A DNA stretch of 64,000 nt, taken from a virus. Where the stretch lies: the IMG/VR virus record IMGVR_UViG_3300026544_000002, positions 1-64,000 of that record. The stretch is one strand, 5' to 3'. Under the pieces are notes generated by a model. The model was given only the letters and a program-made list of their open reading frames with translations, searched no databases and was not told the DNA's origin. Below are positions 47,153 through 58,209 of this stretch, one piece after another; within the stretch, counting starts at the first letter, position 1; each line of letters opens with the position of its first letter. Made by a program: the position numbers and the translations under genes.

Positions 47153-48809
47153 TAAAAAATTAGCTAAAAAACAACAAAAAATGGAAGAATGGTTAAAATG
47201 TCAACAATCATTTTTTTATTTTTGTGCTAGGTATGTTTTATTAGAATTACCAGGTGGTGATGTTAAATTTGATATGTATGATTTACAAAAAACTTTAATA
47301 GATATGATTGAAGATTTGCATCATGTATTAGTATTAAAATCCAGACAGGTTGGTATATCAACAACACTCCAAGCTTATTGTGCATGGTTATTAATATTTT
47401 TTCCAAATGTAGTAGTTGGTATTGTTTCAAAAGATGGCCCGGAAGCAACTACTTTTGCAAGAACAATTTCAGGAATGATAGATAAATTACCAATATGGTT
47501 AAAACCACCAGGTGGACAATCTAATCAAAAAGGATTTGCAAAAAGATCAGAACAATCTTTTATTTTAACAAATGGTTCTAAATGTTTTGCTGCCACAGTC
47601 AATCCAAAAGCACCTGGAAAAACTCTTCGTGGTAAAGCTATTACTTTTCTTGTTATCGATGAAGCTGCTTTTATTGAACATATTGATGAAGCATGGACAG
47701 CAATGGTACCTGCTTTATCAACAAATCAAAAACATGCTAAAAAAGCAGGGGTTCCATATGGAACATTGATATTATCAACTCCTAATAAAACATCTGGTGT
47801 TGGTTCATTTTATTATAGACAATATACAAATGCTATATCTGGTAATAGTTTACTTACTCCTATGGTTATTCATTGGAGAGATATAAAAGAATTGGCAGAT
47901 GATCCTGATTGGTACAAACAACAATGTATGTTGTTTGATAATGATGATCGAAAAATTAAACAAGAATTAGAATTAGTTTTCTTACCATCAGCAGGAGCTT
48001 TTTTCTCTGATAAAACATGTCAAATTTTACAGGAATTAACCAAAGATTCTAATCCTAATATTAGGAAAATGTTTAATGGAACTGTGTATGAATTCAAGAA
48101 AGCTGTCAAAGGTCGACCTTATATGATATGTGTTGATACTGCATCTGAACATGGTAATGATTATTCAGCAATAAATATTACTGATTATATAACAGACGAA
48201 CAAGTATGGGAATATCAAGGGAAAAGTGCTGTAACAGATTTTGGAAAAGTAGTTTTATATGCGGCAACTGTTTATGATTCTGGACCCATTGTTATTGAAA
48301 ATAATTCATATGGTACACAAGTGGTTGAATTTATGGAAAGAACTCCATTTAGTATGAGATTATATAAAGAACATCCGACAGAAAATACTGTTAAAACAGG
48401 TTTAACAACAACAGGTAAATCTAGACCGTTGATGATAGATGCATTATATTCAATGATAACAGAAGATCCTTCTGTTATTAAATCAAAAAGAATGGCACTA
48501 GAATTGATTGGATTGGTTTCGAAAAATAATGGAAAAGTAGAAGCTGATTCTGATTGTAATGATGACCTTGCGATGACAAAAGCATTTGGATGTTATGTGA
48601 AAAAATATGATCCACCATTGATGTTAGATGTTGATTCTCCTGCTACTGATGAATTTGCAGATATAATGGCGATGAATGATGATATATATACAGAAAATTC
48701 AAATCCTTATGAAATAATAGATAAAAATTTATTAGCTAAAAATTTAAATGATTTTATAAATGAACATAGAAATGTTTCTACAATTGATACATTTGAATTT
48801 TTAAATTAA
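47145..48809 (+). CDS. terminase large subunit (T4 gp17-like)
   Basis: LKSRQVGISTT, LRG, LVIDEAAF, LSTPN, nuclease CVDTASEHGNDYS, IENN, NDDLAM. Confidence 0.93.
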   Translation: MSNKKLAKKQQKMEEWLKCQQSFFYFCARYVLLELPGGDVKFDMYDLQKTLIDMIEDLHHVLVLKSRQVGISTTLQAYCAWLLIFFPNVVVGIVSKDGPEATTFARTISGMIDKLPIWLKPPGGQSNQKGFAKRSEQSFILTNGSKCFAATVNPKAPGKTLRGKAITFLVIDEAAFIEHIDEAWTAMVPALSTNQKHAKKAGVPYGTLILSTPNKTSGVGSFYYRQYTNAISGNSLLTPMVIHWRDIKELADDPDWYKQQCMLFDNDDRKIKQELELVFLPSAGAFFSDKTCQILQELTKDSNPNIRKMFNGTVYEFKKAVKGRPYMICVDTASEHGNDYSAINITDYITDEQVWEYQGKSAVTDFGKVVLYAATVYDSGPIVIENNSYGTQVVEFMERTPFSMRLYKEHPTENTVKTGLTTTGKSRPLMIDALYSMITEDPSVIKSKRMALELIGLVSKNNGKVEADSDCNDDLAMTKAFGCYVKKYDPPLMLDVDSPATDEFADIMAMNDDIYTENSNPYEIIDKNLLAKNLNDFINEHRNVSTIDTFEFLN

Positions 48810-48827
48810 GAACATAATATTGAAGAG
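48808..48827 (+). promoter_or_regulatory. candidate late promoter AG-AACA-TAATAT-TG-AAGAG
   Basis: Intergenic copy of the repeated motif, about 35 nt before ATG 48858. Confidence 0.65.
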
Positions 48828-48857
48828 AATTATTAATAAAAATATAAAGGCAAAATT

Positions 48858-49784
48858 ATGATTTTATCCGAAAATGAATTGTTAAAGGAATTATTTGCAA
48901 TTCCAATTAATCCTAAATTGGTTGCGGTATTGGATGGAAAATTAAAATTATATTCATCCAAAGTCCTAATAAGCAAATTCAAACAATCTTTGTCAAAAAA
49001 CAAATCAACATCTTCATCATATAAATTTCTAGATAGAATGATTGATAAACAAATGTTGACTCCTGTATATTTAACAAGAGGTTTATTGTCATATTCATTT
49101 ATGAAAGTATGGGGTCATTCAATGGAAGGAATTAATGCCTTTTATGATCCAAATTCAAATAGAATATTTATATTAATTGACAATAATACGACATTCGGAT
49201 TTTCATCTGATGAATGGATTGGGAGATTGTCTATTCATGAATGTATGCATATGGCATGTGCTCATGGCAAAGGAAATTTTTTGAAATTGTTTTATAATGA
49301 ATTTGTTCATTTTTATAATGTATTTTTTCATATTCTTGCAGATAAGAATATAAAAACCGATACTTCAAAATTAATTGCTAAAGATATAGATGCTTATCTA
49401 AAAGTATTTTATAACACAGAAGTACATGGTAAAGATTTACAAACAGCAGTATTCAAAAAAGGATTTCAAATTATTCATTCTATTTTAACAAAACTTGGTG
49501 TAGAAAAAAAATTGATTTCTATCATTCAAGATGGTTATAAAAAATTGATTTCTCTTTTTGTCAATTACCAATACGCTGGTATAATGAAAGCTATGCAAGA
49601 TCCATCATGTTATTATATAATGTCTTGTTTACAAAAAACATATCCAGCTATATCTAATAACAAAGCTAAAACTTTAGCAATTCAAGAATTAATTTTTCCT
49701 TCTGAAATAGCCGCAGTATTTTCTGAAATTCGTGTATCAGCTAATAAGATACCCAAAGCCATGTCAATGATCAAGGTGAAATAA
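48858..49784 (+). CDS. HExxH zinc metallopeptidase-like protein
   Basis: AFYDP…IFILID…SIHECMHMA, with a distal E in QELIFPSE. Confidence 0.65.
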   Translation: MILSENELLKELFAIPINPKLVAVLDGKLKLYSSKVLISKFKQSLSKNKSTSSSYKFLDRMIDKQMLTPVYLTRGLLSYSFMKVWGHSMEGINAFYDPNSNRIFILIDNNTTFGFSSDEWIGRLSIHECMHMACAHGKGNFLKLFYNEFVHFYNVFFHILADKNIKTDTSKLIAKDIDAYLKVFYNTEVHGKDLQTAVFKKGFQIIHSILTKLGVEKKLISIIQDGYKKLISLFVNYQYAGIMKAMQDPSCYYIMSCLQKTYPAISNNKAKTLAIQELIFPSEIAAVFSEIRVSANKIPKAMSMIKVK

Positions 49785-49785
49785 T

Positions 49786-52700
49786 ATGGCAATAAACGAT
49801 GTTAGTGATATTTCGTTTAATAATTTAGCACAAAATGCTAAAAATTATAAATCGAAAATACAAGATAAAAAGAAAAATAATTATTCAATTGGTGGTATAT
49901 CTAAAAAAACAGAAAAAAACATCAGTGATTTAGTTATTTCTTCAAATAAAGCTATATTATTAGCAACAAAATTAGCCAATGAAAATAATAAGAAATTTTC
50001 GGCGCAATATACAAATATCCCTGATCGTTTGAAACAAATTAAAAAAGAGAAAGCTAAAATAAAAAGAGAATCGACTGCTAATGATGCAAAATCACCAACA
50101 ATGGCAGTTATGTCTATAGATAGAAATGTAAAGAAAATTTATAATTTATTGAATAGAAAATTTGGATCTGTTTCGGATAGAAAAACAAAAAATTCATTAG
50201 ATGCAAGTGCTGCATATGATGCTAAAAAATTAGGTATAGAAGGAACTGGTAAAACATGGAGTGCTAATTTATTTAGTCTGATATCAACAGCTATGCGACA
50301 AAGCACATTAAGTTCTTTGAAAGTAGACCAAGATACATATTTCCATTCACGATTCGGTGAGGGTGAAAAGAAGAAAGGTTTCATTGGATCAGCTATTCGT
50401 GCATATAAAGTAGCAAGTGATGAAACAACAATGTCTACCCAAGAAAAAATGGTAAAGGCATTGATTGAAATAAATAATTCACTTTCTGGAAAAGATTCTG
50501 TTTTTAGATTGACATATGAACGTCTATTGATGGAACATGCAGCATTTAGGAATATTGTATGGTTTTTGAAAAAAGGTCAAGATACATTAATGGCTATCCC
50601 TCGTATATATAGATGGGCAACAAAATCAAGAGGAGGATATCAAAGTAAACTCCCAAGAGGAAAAGGAACTGCTGAACATACTGCTGCTGTATTGGATATG
50701 ATATATGTAGATAGTATGTGGCGATTGGATAATATTGTTCATCATCTGAAACAACAATATAATCTATGGAACAAATATATGATGAGTCAAACTGGCTCCT
50801 CAGCAAATGGTATTAATGATATCGATGATGGTAAATATCAATTTACGAAAGGAATTAAGCAAAGATTTAAAGATTGGAGGAATAAAAGAAAAAATGCTGC
50901 TGAAGTTCCTGAATATCAAAAATATCAAGTAACACAAAAAGATTTATTGGAAAAACAAGTAAAAATTGGATATACACAAATTCAATTATTACGGATAATT
51001 GGCGCATCTATAATCCATCTAGGTTCTCCTGATGTTGCTGGGAAAAAACGAACAACAAAAGAAAAACGTCATCGTGCTGCATTACAATCTTCTTTATCAG
51101 GGGCAATTGGTAGATTAGATGTCGGCAGAATCGATGCTGATAATAGATTGAATGAAGATGCTTATATTACCAACAAGAAACACCCTCATAGATTATTATA
51201 TTGGAAAGCTAAAACTAAATTAGAAAAAGATAAACAAAGTAAATTCGAAAAAACACAAGCTATTATAGAAAAAAATAAAAAGAAAATAGAAGACAGAAGA
51301 AATAAAAAAATAGCTAAACGGGTGTTTAAATCATATAAGAAAGATCCAAATGGATATGCAAAAGATTTGAATCAACAAGCAGATGAAAATCTTAGTTTAG
51401 CTATACAAGCAGGACCTGCACGATTCGCTATTGCTGCTGGAAAGAAAATTGGAAAAAGTAAAATATACAAATCAACAATTGAAAAAATGAAAGGATTCAA
51501 TGAATCTGCTTCTGATAAAATTGATAATTTCAAAAACAAAGCAATAGCTGGAACATATAAATTTCTTTCTCCTGATTCTTCTCCACAAAGAGTAAGAGAA
51601 GCAGCTAGAAAGCAAGCAGTTGGACAAGATAATATTACTGATAGATTGGTATTGAAGATGGATCAATTGATCAGTGAAAATTCAATTGCAAATAAATTGA
51701 GTCGAAATAGTTATCGATTATCTTTTAAATCTTTTTTAGCAGATGAAAAAGATAGAATGAAAAGAAAATTAAAAGATAGTTGGTTAGGTAAAATACTAGG
51801 TACTGGATTTGGATGGATAAAAGGATGGGGTAAAAGTATAATCAAATCCATATCAATGATATTAGGAGTGATGGGAGTCAAAGGATTAGTAAAATCTGGC
51901 ATGGCAGGATTATCTAGAATGCTATTCAAAGATGGATTCAAAGAATTTGCTAAAAGAAATATGAAATCCTTTGGTGCTAAATTGATGACCGGAAGAGGTA
52001 TGGCTGGTATGGCTGGCCTCGGTATGATGGGATATGATGCATACGGAGGAGTAAAAAAATCTAAAGAATGGGGTACGTCTAAATTAGCTAGTGGAATTGC
52101 TGGTGCATTGGGTGGTACTGGCGATGGTGGTGTAGGAAGTGCTTTAAAAGGTGCTGCAAAAGGTGCTCTTATTGGTTCGATGATTTTTCCGGGTATCGGA
52201 ACAGCTATTGGTGGAATAGCCGGTGGTTTGCTTGGATATTTTGGAGGAAAAAATATAGCGAAATCCCTAGATGGTATAATGGGAGGTTTTAAAAAAGCAT
52301 GGGAAGTTATAAAGAAAGCTATTAGTTATCCCATAGAAATGTTTAAATGGATTGGTAAAAAATATATACAATATTTCACCTTCATGAAAGAAGGATTATC
52401 ATCTGCTATTAGTGGGGCATATGCATGGCTATATGACAAAGCGCCTTGGTATCTCAAAAAAGTTCTTCCAAAACCAAAAGAAGCACCCAAAACGACAGAA
52501 GAATCTGTCAAAGGAGCAATTGCCACACATAAAAAAGGTAATTCTATTTCAATGTCTGCTTCATTAGTTGATCCAGCTTTTTTGAGTGTAGTTGATAAAC
52601 AACAAAAGAATGATTTATTAGCTAGAACATCTGTTGTTTCTGGATTGCAAACACCTTCTCCTAATAAGCCAACTACAGGTAAAAAACCATATGCTTTTGA

Positions 52701-54648
52701 TAATAAAAATCGTCTATCACCAGAAGAAAAACAAGCAAATGTAGCTAGTCAAAAAATATATGCAGAAGAACATAAAGTAGGACCAACGATAGCTAGATCT
52801 GCGGCAAAAGGATTAGCAGCATTACCAACACCAAAAGAAGTGCAGACTGCTGGTGGTAATTTATGGGAAAAAACAAAGAAATTTGGTAGACAATTAGGAA
52901 GTGATGCAATTTATATAGCAAATGATCTTGGGAATAGGACACAAGATTGGATCAATAAACATCCAAAATATTTACAACTACAAAAAGATTTGCAAAAAGA
53001 ATATGGCGGTTCATGGGATAAAATAAAAACATTTGCAGATATACAAGCTATTAAGGCAGAGGGAAAAGGAAGAGATTGGATATCAAAATTTAATACATCT
53101 GATTTTGCACATTCTCTGAGCATATATGCCACACGAGCAGAATGGAATTGGAAGAAATTTAAACAATCTGATTTATATAAACAAGCATCAACATATGGTA
53201 TAACATCAGAAAAAAGATTTAATGCAGCAATGGCAGCAGTTACCAATTCACCAAAATATATTAAATTACAAGGAGCAATTGCTAATAAGGAAAATAGATG
53301 GAATGAGAATGATATAAGACAAGGTGCCACTGGTGTACAACAACAAATGGTCTCGGGAGCTAAAAAAGTACAACATACCATAACAGATTCAGTAGCATAT
53401 ACACAAGCAGAAAGTTTGGCAAGATCACAAGAAAATAGAGAGATTTTGGTAGATAGAATTGTGAAAAAAGGAAGAGAATTAGGAGAAACTGTACAAGAAA
53501 ATGTTTCTACAGTTCTTCCTAAACAAAATTTAGTTCATAAAAAAGTTAGAACTGATTTGGTTAAAAAACATAAATCAAAAAAGAAAATAATATCACGAAA
53601 AAAATTAACATATGGAGATAAATTAAAAAATAAATTCAAAAAAGCTCTTGCTAAATATGAAAAATTAAAATCAGATTATTTAAAAATTCCTGAAGATTCT
53701 CGTAGTTTAATGATTCCTAAAACACGTCAAGCTTATATGGCAATAGAAGAAGCAAAACAAAAATTATTGGATATATCATATAAATATTCTCGTATGGATC
53801 ATGATGGAAATCCTAAATATGAAACAAAATCAGCTTTGGGTAAAAAAATATTCGAATTGGGAATAGCTGGTAGACAACAAGATTCGACTAAAGAAGAACA
53901 AATAAATATGAACAATATAAGACCTTCTGAGAGAAAGAAAATATTAAATAAGAAAACATCTATGAAAGATTCATATGGCAATTTTATAGATACAACGCAT
54001 GGTAAAATAATTGACATTTATAAAAATGCAACCAAATCAATAGATGAAATTTTATCAGGGAAAAAACAATATTCCGATGATTCTGATATGACAACAATTA
54101 ATACCAGTAAAGGTGTATTAGCAACAGAAAGAAGAACATCTACTTTTGGGAAAAAAGATTTAGAACAAGCAAAGAAAACAAATCAAAAAGGAATCCTTTT
54201 AGGAATAAAAGGAATTGATAAACAATTAATCACAGCTAAATCAAAAGGTGATCAATCACAAATTGATAAATTATTAGCAGCTAGGAAAAAATTAACAAGC
54301 AAATTAGATGCTTCGAATGCAACTTCTGTATCACCCCCTCCTGTTATGACAGGAAAAGATATTGCATCTGCACATATCGAACAAGAAAAAATAAAATCAG
54401 ATAATCAAGACAAAAGTTTAAATAAAGCATTGAGCAATCAAACTACGCAAATTAACAAAAATCAAAAAGAATCAACTGCACATATCGTAGCAGCTAATAC
54501 ATCGATGGCAAATACAATTATAACAAATAATAATTCATCAGTACAGAATAGTAGCACTGATGGAGGAAGTGGAAATTCAAAACCACAACAATCAGATGCT
54601 TTTGCTGATGCTGTTATGATAGGTCAATTTGATAATTTTGGACTTTAA
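49786..54648 (+). CDS. tape-measure-like large tail protein
   Basis: 1620 aa, Lys/Ala-rich and helical, central glycine-zipper segment GALIGSMIFPGIGTAIGGIAGGLLG; in the virion module. Confidence 0.65.
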   Translation: MAINDVSDISFNNLAQNAKNYKSKIQDKKKNNYSIGGISKKTEKNISDLVISSNKAILLATKLANENNKKFSAQYTNIPDRLKQIKKEKAKIKRESTANDAKSPTMAVMSIDRNVKKIYNLLNRKFGSVSDRKTKNSLDASAAYDAKKLGIEGTGKTWSANLFSLISTAMRQSTLSSLKVDQDTYFHSRFGEGEKKKGFIGSAIRAYKVASDETTMSTQEKMVKALIEINNSLSGKDSVFRLTYERLLMEHAAFRNIVWFLKKGQDTLMAIPRIYRWATKSRGGYQSKLPRGKGTAEHTAAVLDMIYVDSMWRLDNIVHHLKQQYNLWNKYMMSQTGSSANGINDIDDGKYQFTKGIKQRFKDWRNKRKNAAEVPEYQKYQVTQKDLLEKQVKIGYTQIQLLRIIGASIIHLGSPDVAGKKRTTKEKRHRAALQSSLSGAIGRLDVGRIDADNRLNEDAYITNKKHPHRLLYWKAKTKLEKDKQSKFEKTQAIIEKNKKKIEDRRNKKIAKRVFKSYKKDPNGYAKDLNQQADENLSLAIQAGPARFAIAAGKKIGKSKIYKSTIEKMKGFNESASDKIDNFKNKAIAGTYKFLSPDSSPQRVREAARKQAVGQDNITDRLVLKMDQLISENSIANKLSRNSYRLSFKSFLADEKDRMKRKLKDSWLGKILGTGFGWIKGWGKSIIKSISMILGVMGVKGLVKSGMAGLSRMLFKDGFKEFAKRNMKSFGAKLMTGRGMAGMAGLGMMGYDAYGGVKKSKEWGTSKLASGIAGALGGTGDGGVGSALKGAAKGALIGSMIFPGIGTAIGGIAGGLLGYFGGKNIAKSLDGIMGGFKKAWEVIKKAISYPIEMFKWIGKKYIQYFTFMKEGLSSAISGAYAWLYDKAPWYLKKVLPKPKEAPKTTEESVKGAIATHKKGNSISMSASLVDPAFLSVVDKQQKNDLLARTSVVSGLQTPSPNKPTTGKKPYAFDNKNRLSPEEKQANVASQKIYAEEHKVGPTIARSAAKGLAALPTPKEVQTAGGNLWEKTKKFGRQLGSDAIYIANDLGNRTQDWINKHPKYLQLQKDLQKEYGGSWDKIKTFADIQAIKAEGKGRDWISKFNTSDFAHSLSIYATRAEWNWKKFKQSDLYKQASTYGITSEKRFNAAMAAVTNSPKYIKLQGAIANKENRWNENDIRQGATGVQQQMVSGAKKVQHTITDSVAYTQAESLARSQENREILVDRIVKKGRELGETVQENVSTVLPKQNLVHKKVRTDLVKKHKSKKKIISRKKLTYGDKLKNKFKKALAKYEKLKSDYLKIPEDSRSLMIPKTRQAYMAIEEAKQKLLDISYKYSRMDHDGNPKYETKSALGKKIFELGIAGRQQDSTKEEQINMNNIRPSERKKILNKKTSMKDSYGNFIDTTHGKIIDIYKNATKSIDEILSGKKQYSDDSDMTTINTSKGVLATERRTSTFGKKDLEQAKKTNQKGILLGIKGIDKQLITAKSKGDQSQIDKLLAARKKLTSKLDASNATSVSPPPVMTGKDIASAHIEQEKIKSDNQDKSLNKALSNQTTQINKNQKESTAHIVAANTSMANTIITNNNSSVQNSSTDGGSGNSKPQQSDAFADAVMIGQFDNFGL

Positions 54649-54673
54649 TAAAATATATAGAGGAAAAATTTAA

Positions 54674-57082
54674 ATGGCTACATTACCACCTATTATTGGT
54701 TTACCACCTTTGTTCGATGATAACATTGGAAATATCAATGAAAAAATGATAGATTCAATGCCAATAGCTACAATAACTCCTTCATACCCACAATTCAAAG
54801 CTGGTATGTCTACAATGATAATTAGTAAAACAAAAGGAATGGGTAAATATAAAGAAATTTTAAGGAAACATGGATATTCTTTATCTAATCCAAAAAATGG
54901 ATTAAAAGTAGCTTTTCTTGCTGATAGTTTTCCAACAGATTCTTTTTCTAATTCATACACAGAAGGATTCTTACAAGATTTTTCAAATGGATTATCTAAA
55001 AAAGCATCTACATTAATTCAAACATTTGGTGGTGATACTGGATTAGATGCTTTTGCACAGATAACAAAAGCAATGTCAAAAGAATCTGCTGATTTAGGAA
55101 GTTTTGGAAAATTAGCTAGTGGAGTATTAGGGCAAGCATCTTCTTTTGCAGGAGGATTGGATAAAAAAATAAAAAATAGACAAATGTCTGATAATAATAC
55201 TGTTAATAGTATTGCTGGAAATTTAAATGCTATAGCAGCTGGTGCAAGAGTTGATTTTCCGCAAATATGGTCAGATAGTCAATTCACTCCTTCTTATACA
55301 ATGACTGTTCGTTTATATAATCCTGATCCAAGTAATTTAGAATCTACAAGAAAATTTATAATAGGTCCTGTTGCTGCTTTGATGTTATTAGGAATCCCGA
55401 TTTCGGCAGATGGGAATAGTTCCACATATAATTATCCATTTTTACATGATATCAATGCACCTGGTATTTATCATTTAAATCCATGTTATATAAGTAATAT
55501 TGCAATAATCAAAGGTGGGGATCAACAACAAATTGCATATAATCAAGCAATGGGAATTGTTGATGTTCGATTAGATTTTGGTTCATTATATTCTTCTATT
55601 TTAGCTTCTAACGATGATGAAATAAAAGACAGACCTACATTAGCATCATATTTAAAATCTTTTGAAGAAGGTAAAATTTTAAAATATAAAAATCCAAAAT
55701 CATCTAGTGGTAAATCAGAAGAAGAAGAAGAAGAATCAGAAGATTCTGGATATGATATTCCTGATCCAACTGGAAAAGATGGTGAGCCTAGAGATCCTGA
55801 TCCATATTTAACAAAGAAAATGTTTTCTGATGCTGTTAAAAAAGCTGGAAGTTTGTCACAAGCAATTAAAAATGGATTAGCTATACCAGAAAGTATGGCA
55901 AAAGAATTGTTTAAAGATGGTTTGATCAAACTACAAGATTTGTTAGCAAGTTTCCCTGATATTAGCTTAGAAGGTTTAGAAAAATATATAAAATCATTAC
56001 CGCCTGATTTTATAACTAATTTAACAGACGAACAATTAAAATATATATCTGGTAATATGTTGCAAAATATTATTGATAGTTCATCTTATTTAAATCTCCC
56101 ACAAGTTGATGTTTTCGGTATGAATCAAAATATACTTAACAATATTTCATCTATAGCAGATATAAATAATTTATCTGTTGATAATATAATAAAAAATCAA
56201 CAATCATTTTTTTCATCATTAACAAGTTCAATTGCAAATGGTGCAAAATTTACATTTAATGGTGTGAAGAATTTATTTTCCAGTGCGGGTTCTATAGCAA
56301 GTAAATTAGGAATGGGAACAAATGATGTTTTACGAATGGGAGATAGTTTATTTGCTAATTTATCACATAATATCGGAGGGGTATTAACTAATAATCAATT
56401 AATAAGATCAGCAGGTAGTATGCTAGGTTCTATTGGAAATAGAATGACTCCTACCGAAGGATTTTCTTTATTGAAAAATTTACAGTCCACTATAGGAGAT
56501 TTTAGTTTAACATCTGGTATAGATTTAGTTAATAAAGTAAAAGCTGTTGCAGAAGGAGATATTTTTGCTAGTTTGGATTTGGTAGAAAATGTTAAAAAAT
56601 TAGCAAAAGGTATGGGAATAGAAGATAATGCTATGTTATCTTCATCTATTGGGATTTTTGATGGATTACAAAATACTGTCAATGAAACAGGGATTCTTGA
56701 TAATCTTGTTGTAGCGGGAGGAATTGAACTATTTAAAAATAATTATCAATATTATGATAGTTATGATTTATCTCTTAGATCATCTTCTAGTTTATTACAA
56801 TCTATGGCACACATTGCAGATGATTTGAATTTAGATGGTAGTGATGTAATAACAACTGGATTTAGTACATTTAATAATTTATCTGAAATTCAAAATACAT
56901 TACAATGGACAGATTCTAATATATTAGAAACAAGTTCTAATATATTAGAATCTGTTTCTAATATATCACATGATTTAGGAATATCAGAAGAAGAGACGGT
57001 TAGATCAGGAAAAAATACATTGGATAATATGAGTAAAATAACCAATGATGTTGAGACGATGATGTATATAATCAAAAGTTAA
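54674..57082 (+). CDS. virion structural protein (possible tube-initiator/baseplate domain with low-complexity C-terminal repeats)
   Basis: FPQIWSDSQFTPSYTMTVRLYNP…YNYPF…CYISNI…VDVRLDFGSLY beta-rich domain, acidic linker, S/N/G/L-rich repeats. Confidence 0.5.
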   Translation: MATLPPIIGLPPLFDDNIGNINEKMIDSMPIATITPSYPQFKAGMSTMIISKTKGMGKYKEILRKHGYSLSNPKNGLKVAFLADSFPTDSFSNSYTEGFLQDFSNGLSKKASTLIQTFGGDTGLDAFAQITKAMSKESADLGSFGKLASGVLGQASSFAGGLDKKIKNRQMSDNNTVNSIAGNLNAIAAGARVDFPQIWSDSQFTPSYTMTVRLYNPDPSNLESTRKFIIGPVAALMLLGIPISADGNSSTYNYPFLHDINAPGIYHLNPCYISNIAIIKGGDQQQIAYNQAMGIVDVRLDFGSLYSSILASNDDEIKDRPTLASYLKSFEEGKILKYKNPKSSSGKSEEEEEESEDSGYDIPDPTGKDGEPRDPDPYLTKKMFSDAVKKAGSLSQAIKNGLAIPESMAKELFKDGLIKLQDLLASFPDISLEGLEKYIKSLPPDFITNLTDEQLKYISGNMLQNIIDSSSYLNLPQVDVFGMNQNILNNISSIADINNLSVDNIIKNQQSFFSSLTSSIANGAKFTFNGVKNLFSSAGSIASKLGMGTNDVLRMGDSLFANLSHNIGGVLTNNQLIRSAGSMLGSIGNRMTPTEGFSLLKNLQSTIGDFSLTSGIDLVNKVKAVAEGDIFASLDLVENVKKLAKGMGIEDNAMLSSSIGIFDGLQNTVNETGILDNLVVAGGIELFKNNYQYYDSYDLSLRSSSSLLQSMAHIADDLNLDGSDVITTGFSTFNNLSEIQNTLQWTDSNILETSSNILESVSNISHDLGISEEETVRSGKNTLDNMSKITNDVETMMYIIKS

Positions 57083-58203
57083 TTTTTACATACAAAATTT
57101 TTTAAAGACCAACATAAATAAAATATTATAAAATTTAAATAAGCATATTTACTTTGTTGAGTTAATTTTTTATAATTTTTTTCTATATTTGCTTTTTTGA
57201 TTGAATGTTCTAATAATTCTAAATTAGCTTCTTTGAAAAATTTTGTTTTTGAATTTTTCCCTCTAATTATAGATTTTAATTCAGATACAAATTTATGCGA
57301 ACATAATGAATTTATATTTTTTAAATTTGCAATATATGATCGATAAATAGTTAATAATATATCAGAATTGTAAACAGCACTTATTTCTTTTACAATTTTT
57401 TCTGCATATACTTTGTTAACGGAATTTAATCTAGCAGCACTTTCCATAGCTTTTATATCAACAAATCTATGAATGGTAATTTTCTCAACTAAATCAACTA
57501 TTTTTTGTGGAGTTCTAACTTGTCCTCCTACTTCTGATGTTTCCCCATGCTCATTCGTTATTTCTTCTCTAGTTTGTCCTATTTTATTTCCTTTTTCAGA
57601 ATTATTATAATATGAAACAGTGAAACTTTTTAAACTTTGTGCGTGTCTATGTCTACATTCTCGTACAAATTTTGAAACCATCATAGGATTATTTAATTTT
57701 TCGAATTCTCTTTCCCACCTATGAACCATTTGATTACTGAAATGATATATTGCATTTGCAATGGTTTTCTCTCTTGAGTAAATATGACTTTTACTCATAT
57801 TTTCCATTGTATATTTAAAAACGTCTGGTTGACAGAATTTAAAATTTCGATGGAATAAATTAGAATACTGTCTAATATTATAGAATATCATTGTAGCACG
57901 AAATCCAATTTTATCTTTATTTATAGCAAAATAATGAAGAATCAAAATTAATAAATTTGTTGTTGTATCATTTTCCAATAACCATTTCTCTGCTGCTGTA
58001 CCCTTGTAAAAACTCTTTATTTCTTGTTGTAATTCTTTTTTGGATACATTCACCATATCATACAATGAATCTTCATATTTACGCAATTTAGGCGTATAAC
58101 AAGGTTCTGATAAATTTAATAATTCTTGACTAGTAATTACATGAAAAAATTTACGTAATTTTATCTTGTGTATATGCCATTCATCTGTGATAATATTTCG
58201 CAT
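57079..58203 (-). CDS. putative sigma-like promoter-specificity subunit (phiKZ gp68/AR9 gp226-like)
   Basis: All-helical basic protein with NLLILILHYF, YSNLFHRNF…VFKYTMENMSK and SLKSFTVSYYNNSEKGNKI segments recalling the gp68 family (from memory, unverified). Confidence 0.5.
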   Translation of the reverse strand: MRNIITDEWHIHKIKLRKFFHVITSQELLNLSEPCYTPKLRKYEDSLYDMVNVSKKELQQEIKSFYKGTAAEKWLLENDTTTNLLILILHYFAINKDKIGFRATMIFYNIRQYSNLFHRNFKFCQPDVFKYTMENMSKSHIYSREKTIANAIYHFSNQMVHRWEREFEKLNNPMMVSKFVRECRHRHAQSLKSFTVSYYNNSEKGNKIGQTREEITNEHGETSEVGGQVRTPQKIVDLVEKITIHRFVDIKAMESAARLNSVNKVYAEKIVKEISAVYNSDILLTIYRSYIANLKNINSLCSHKFVSELKSIIRGKNSKTKFFKEANLELLEHSIKKANIEKNYKKLTQQSKYAYLNFIIFYLCWSLKNFVCKN

Positions 58204-58209
58204 AATTTA

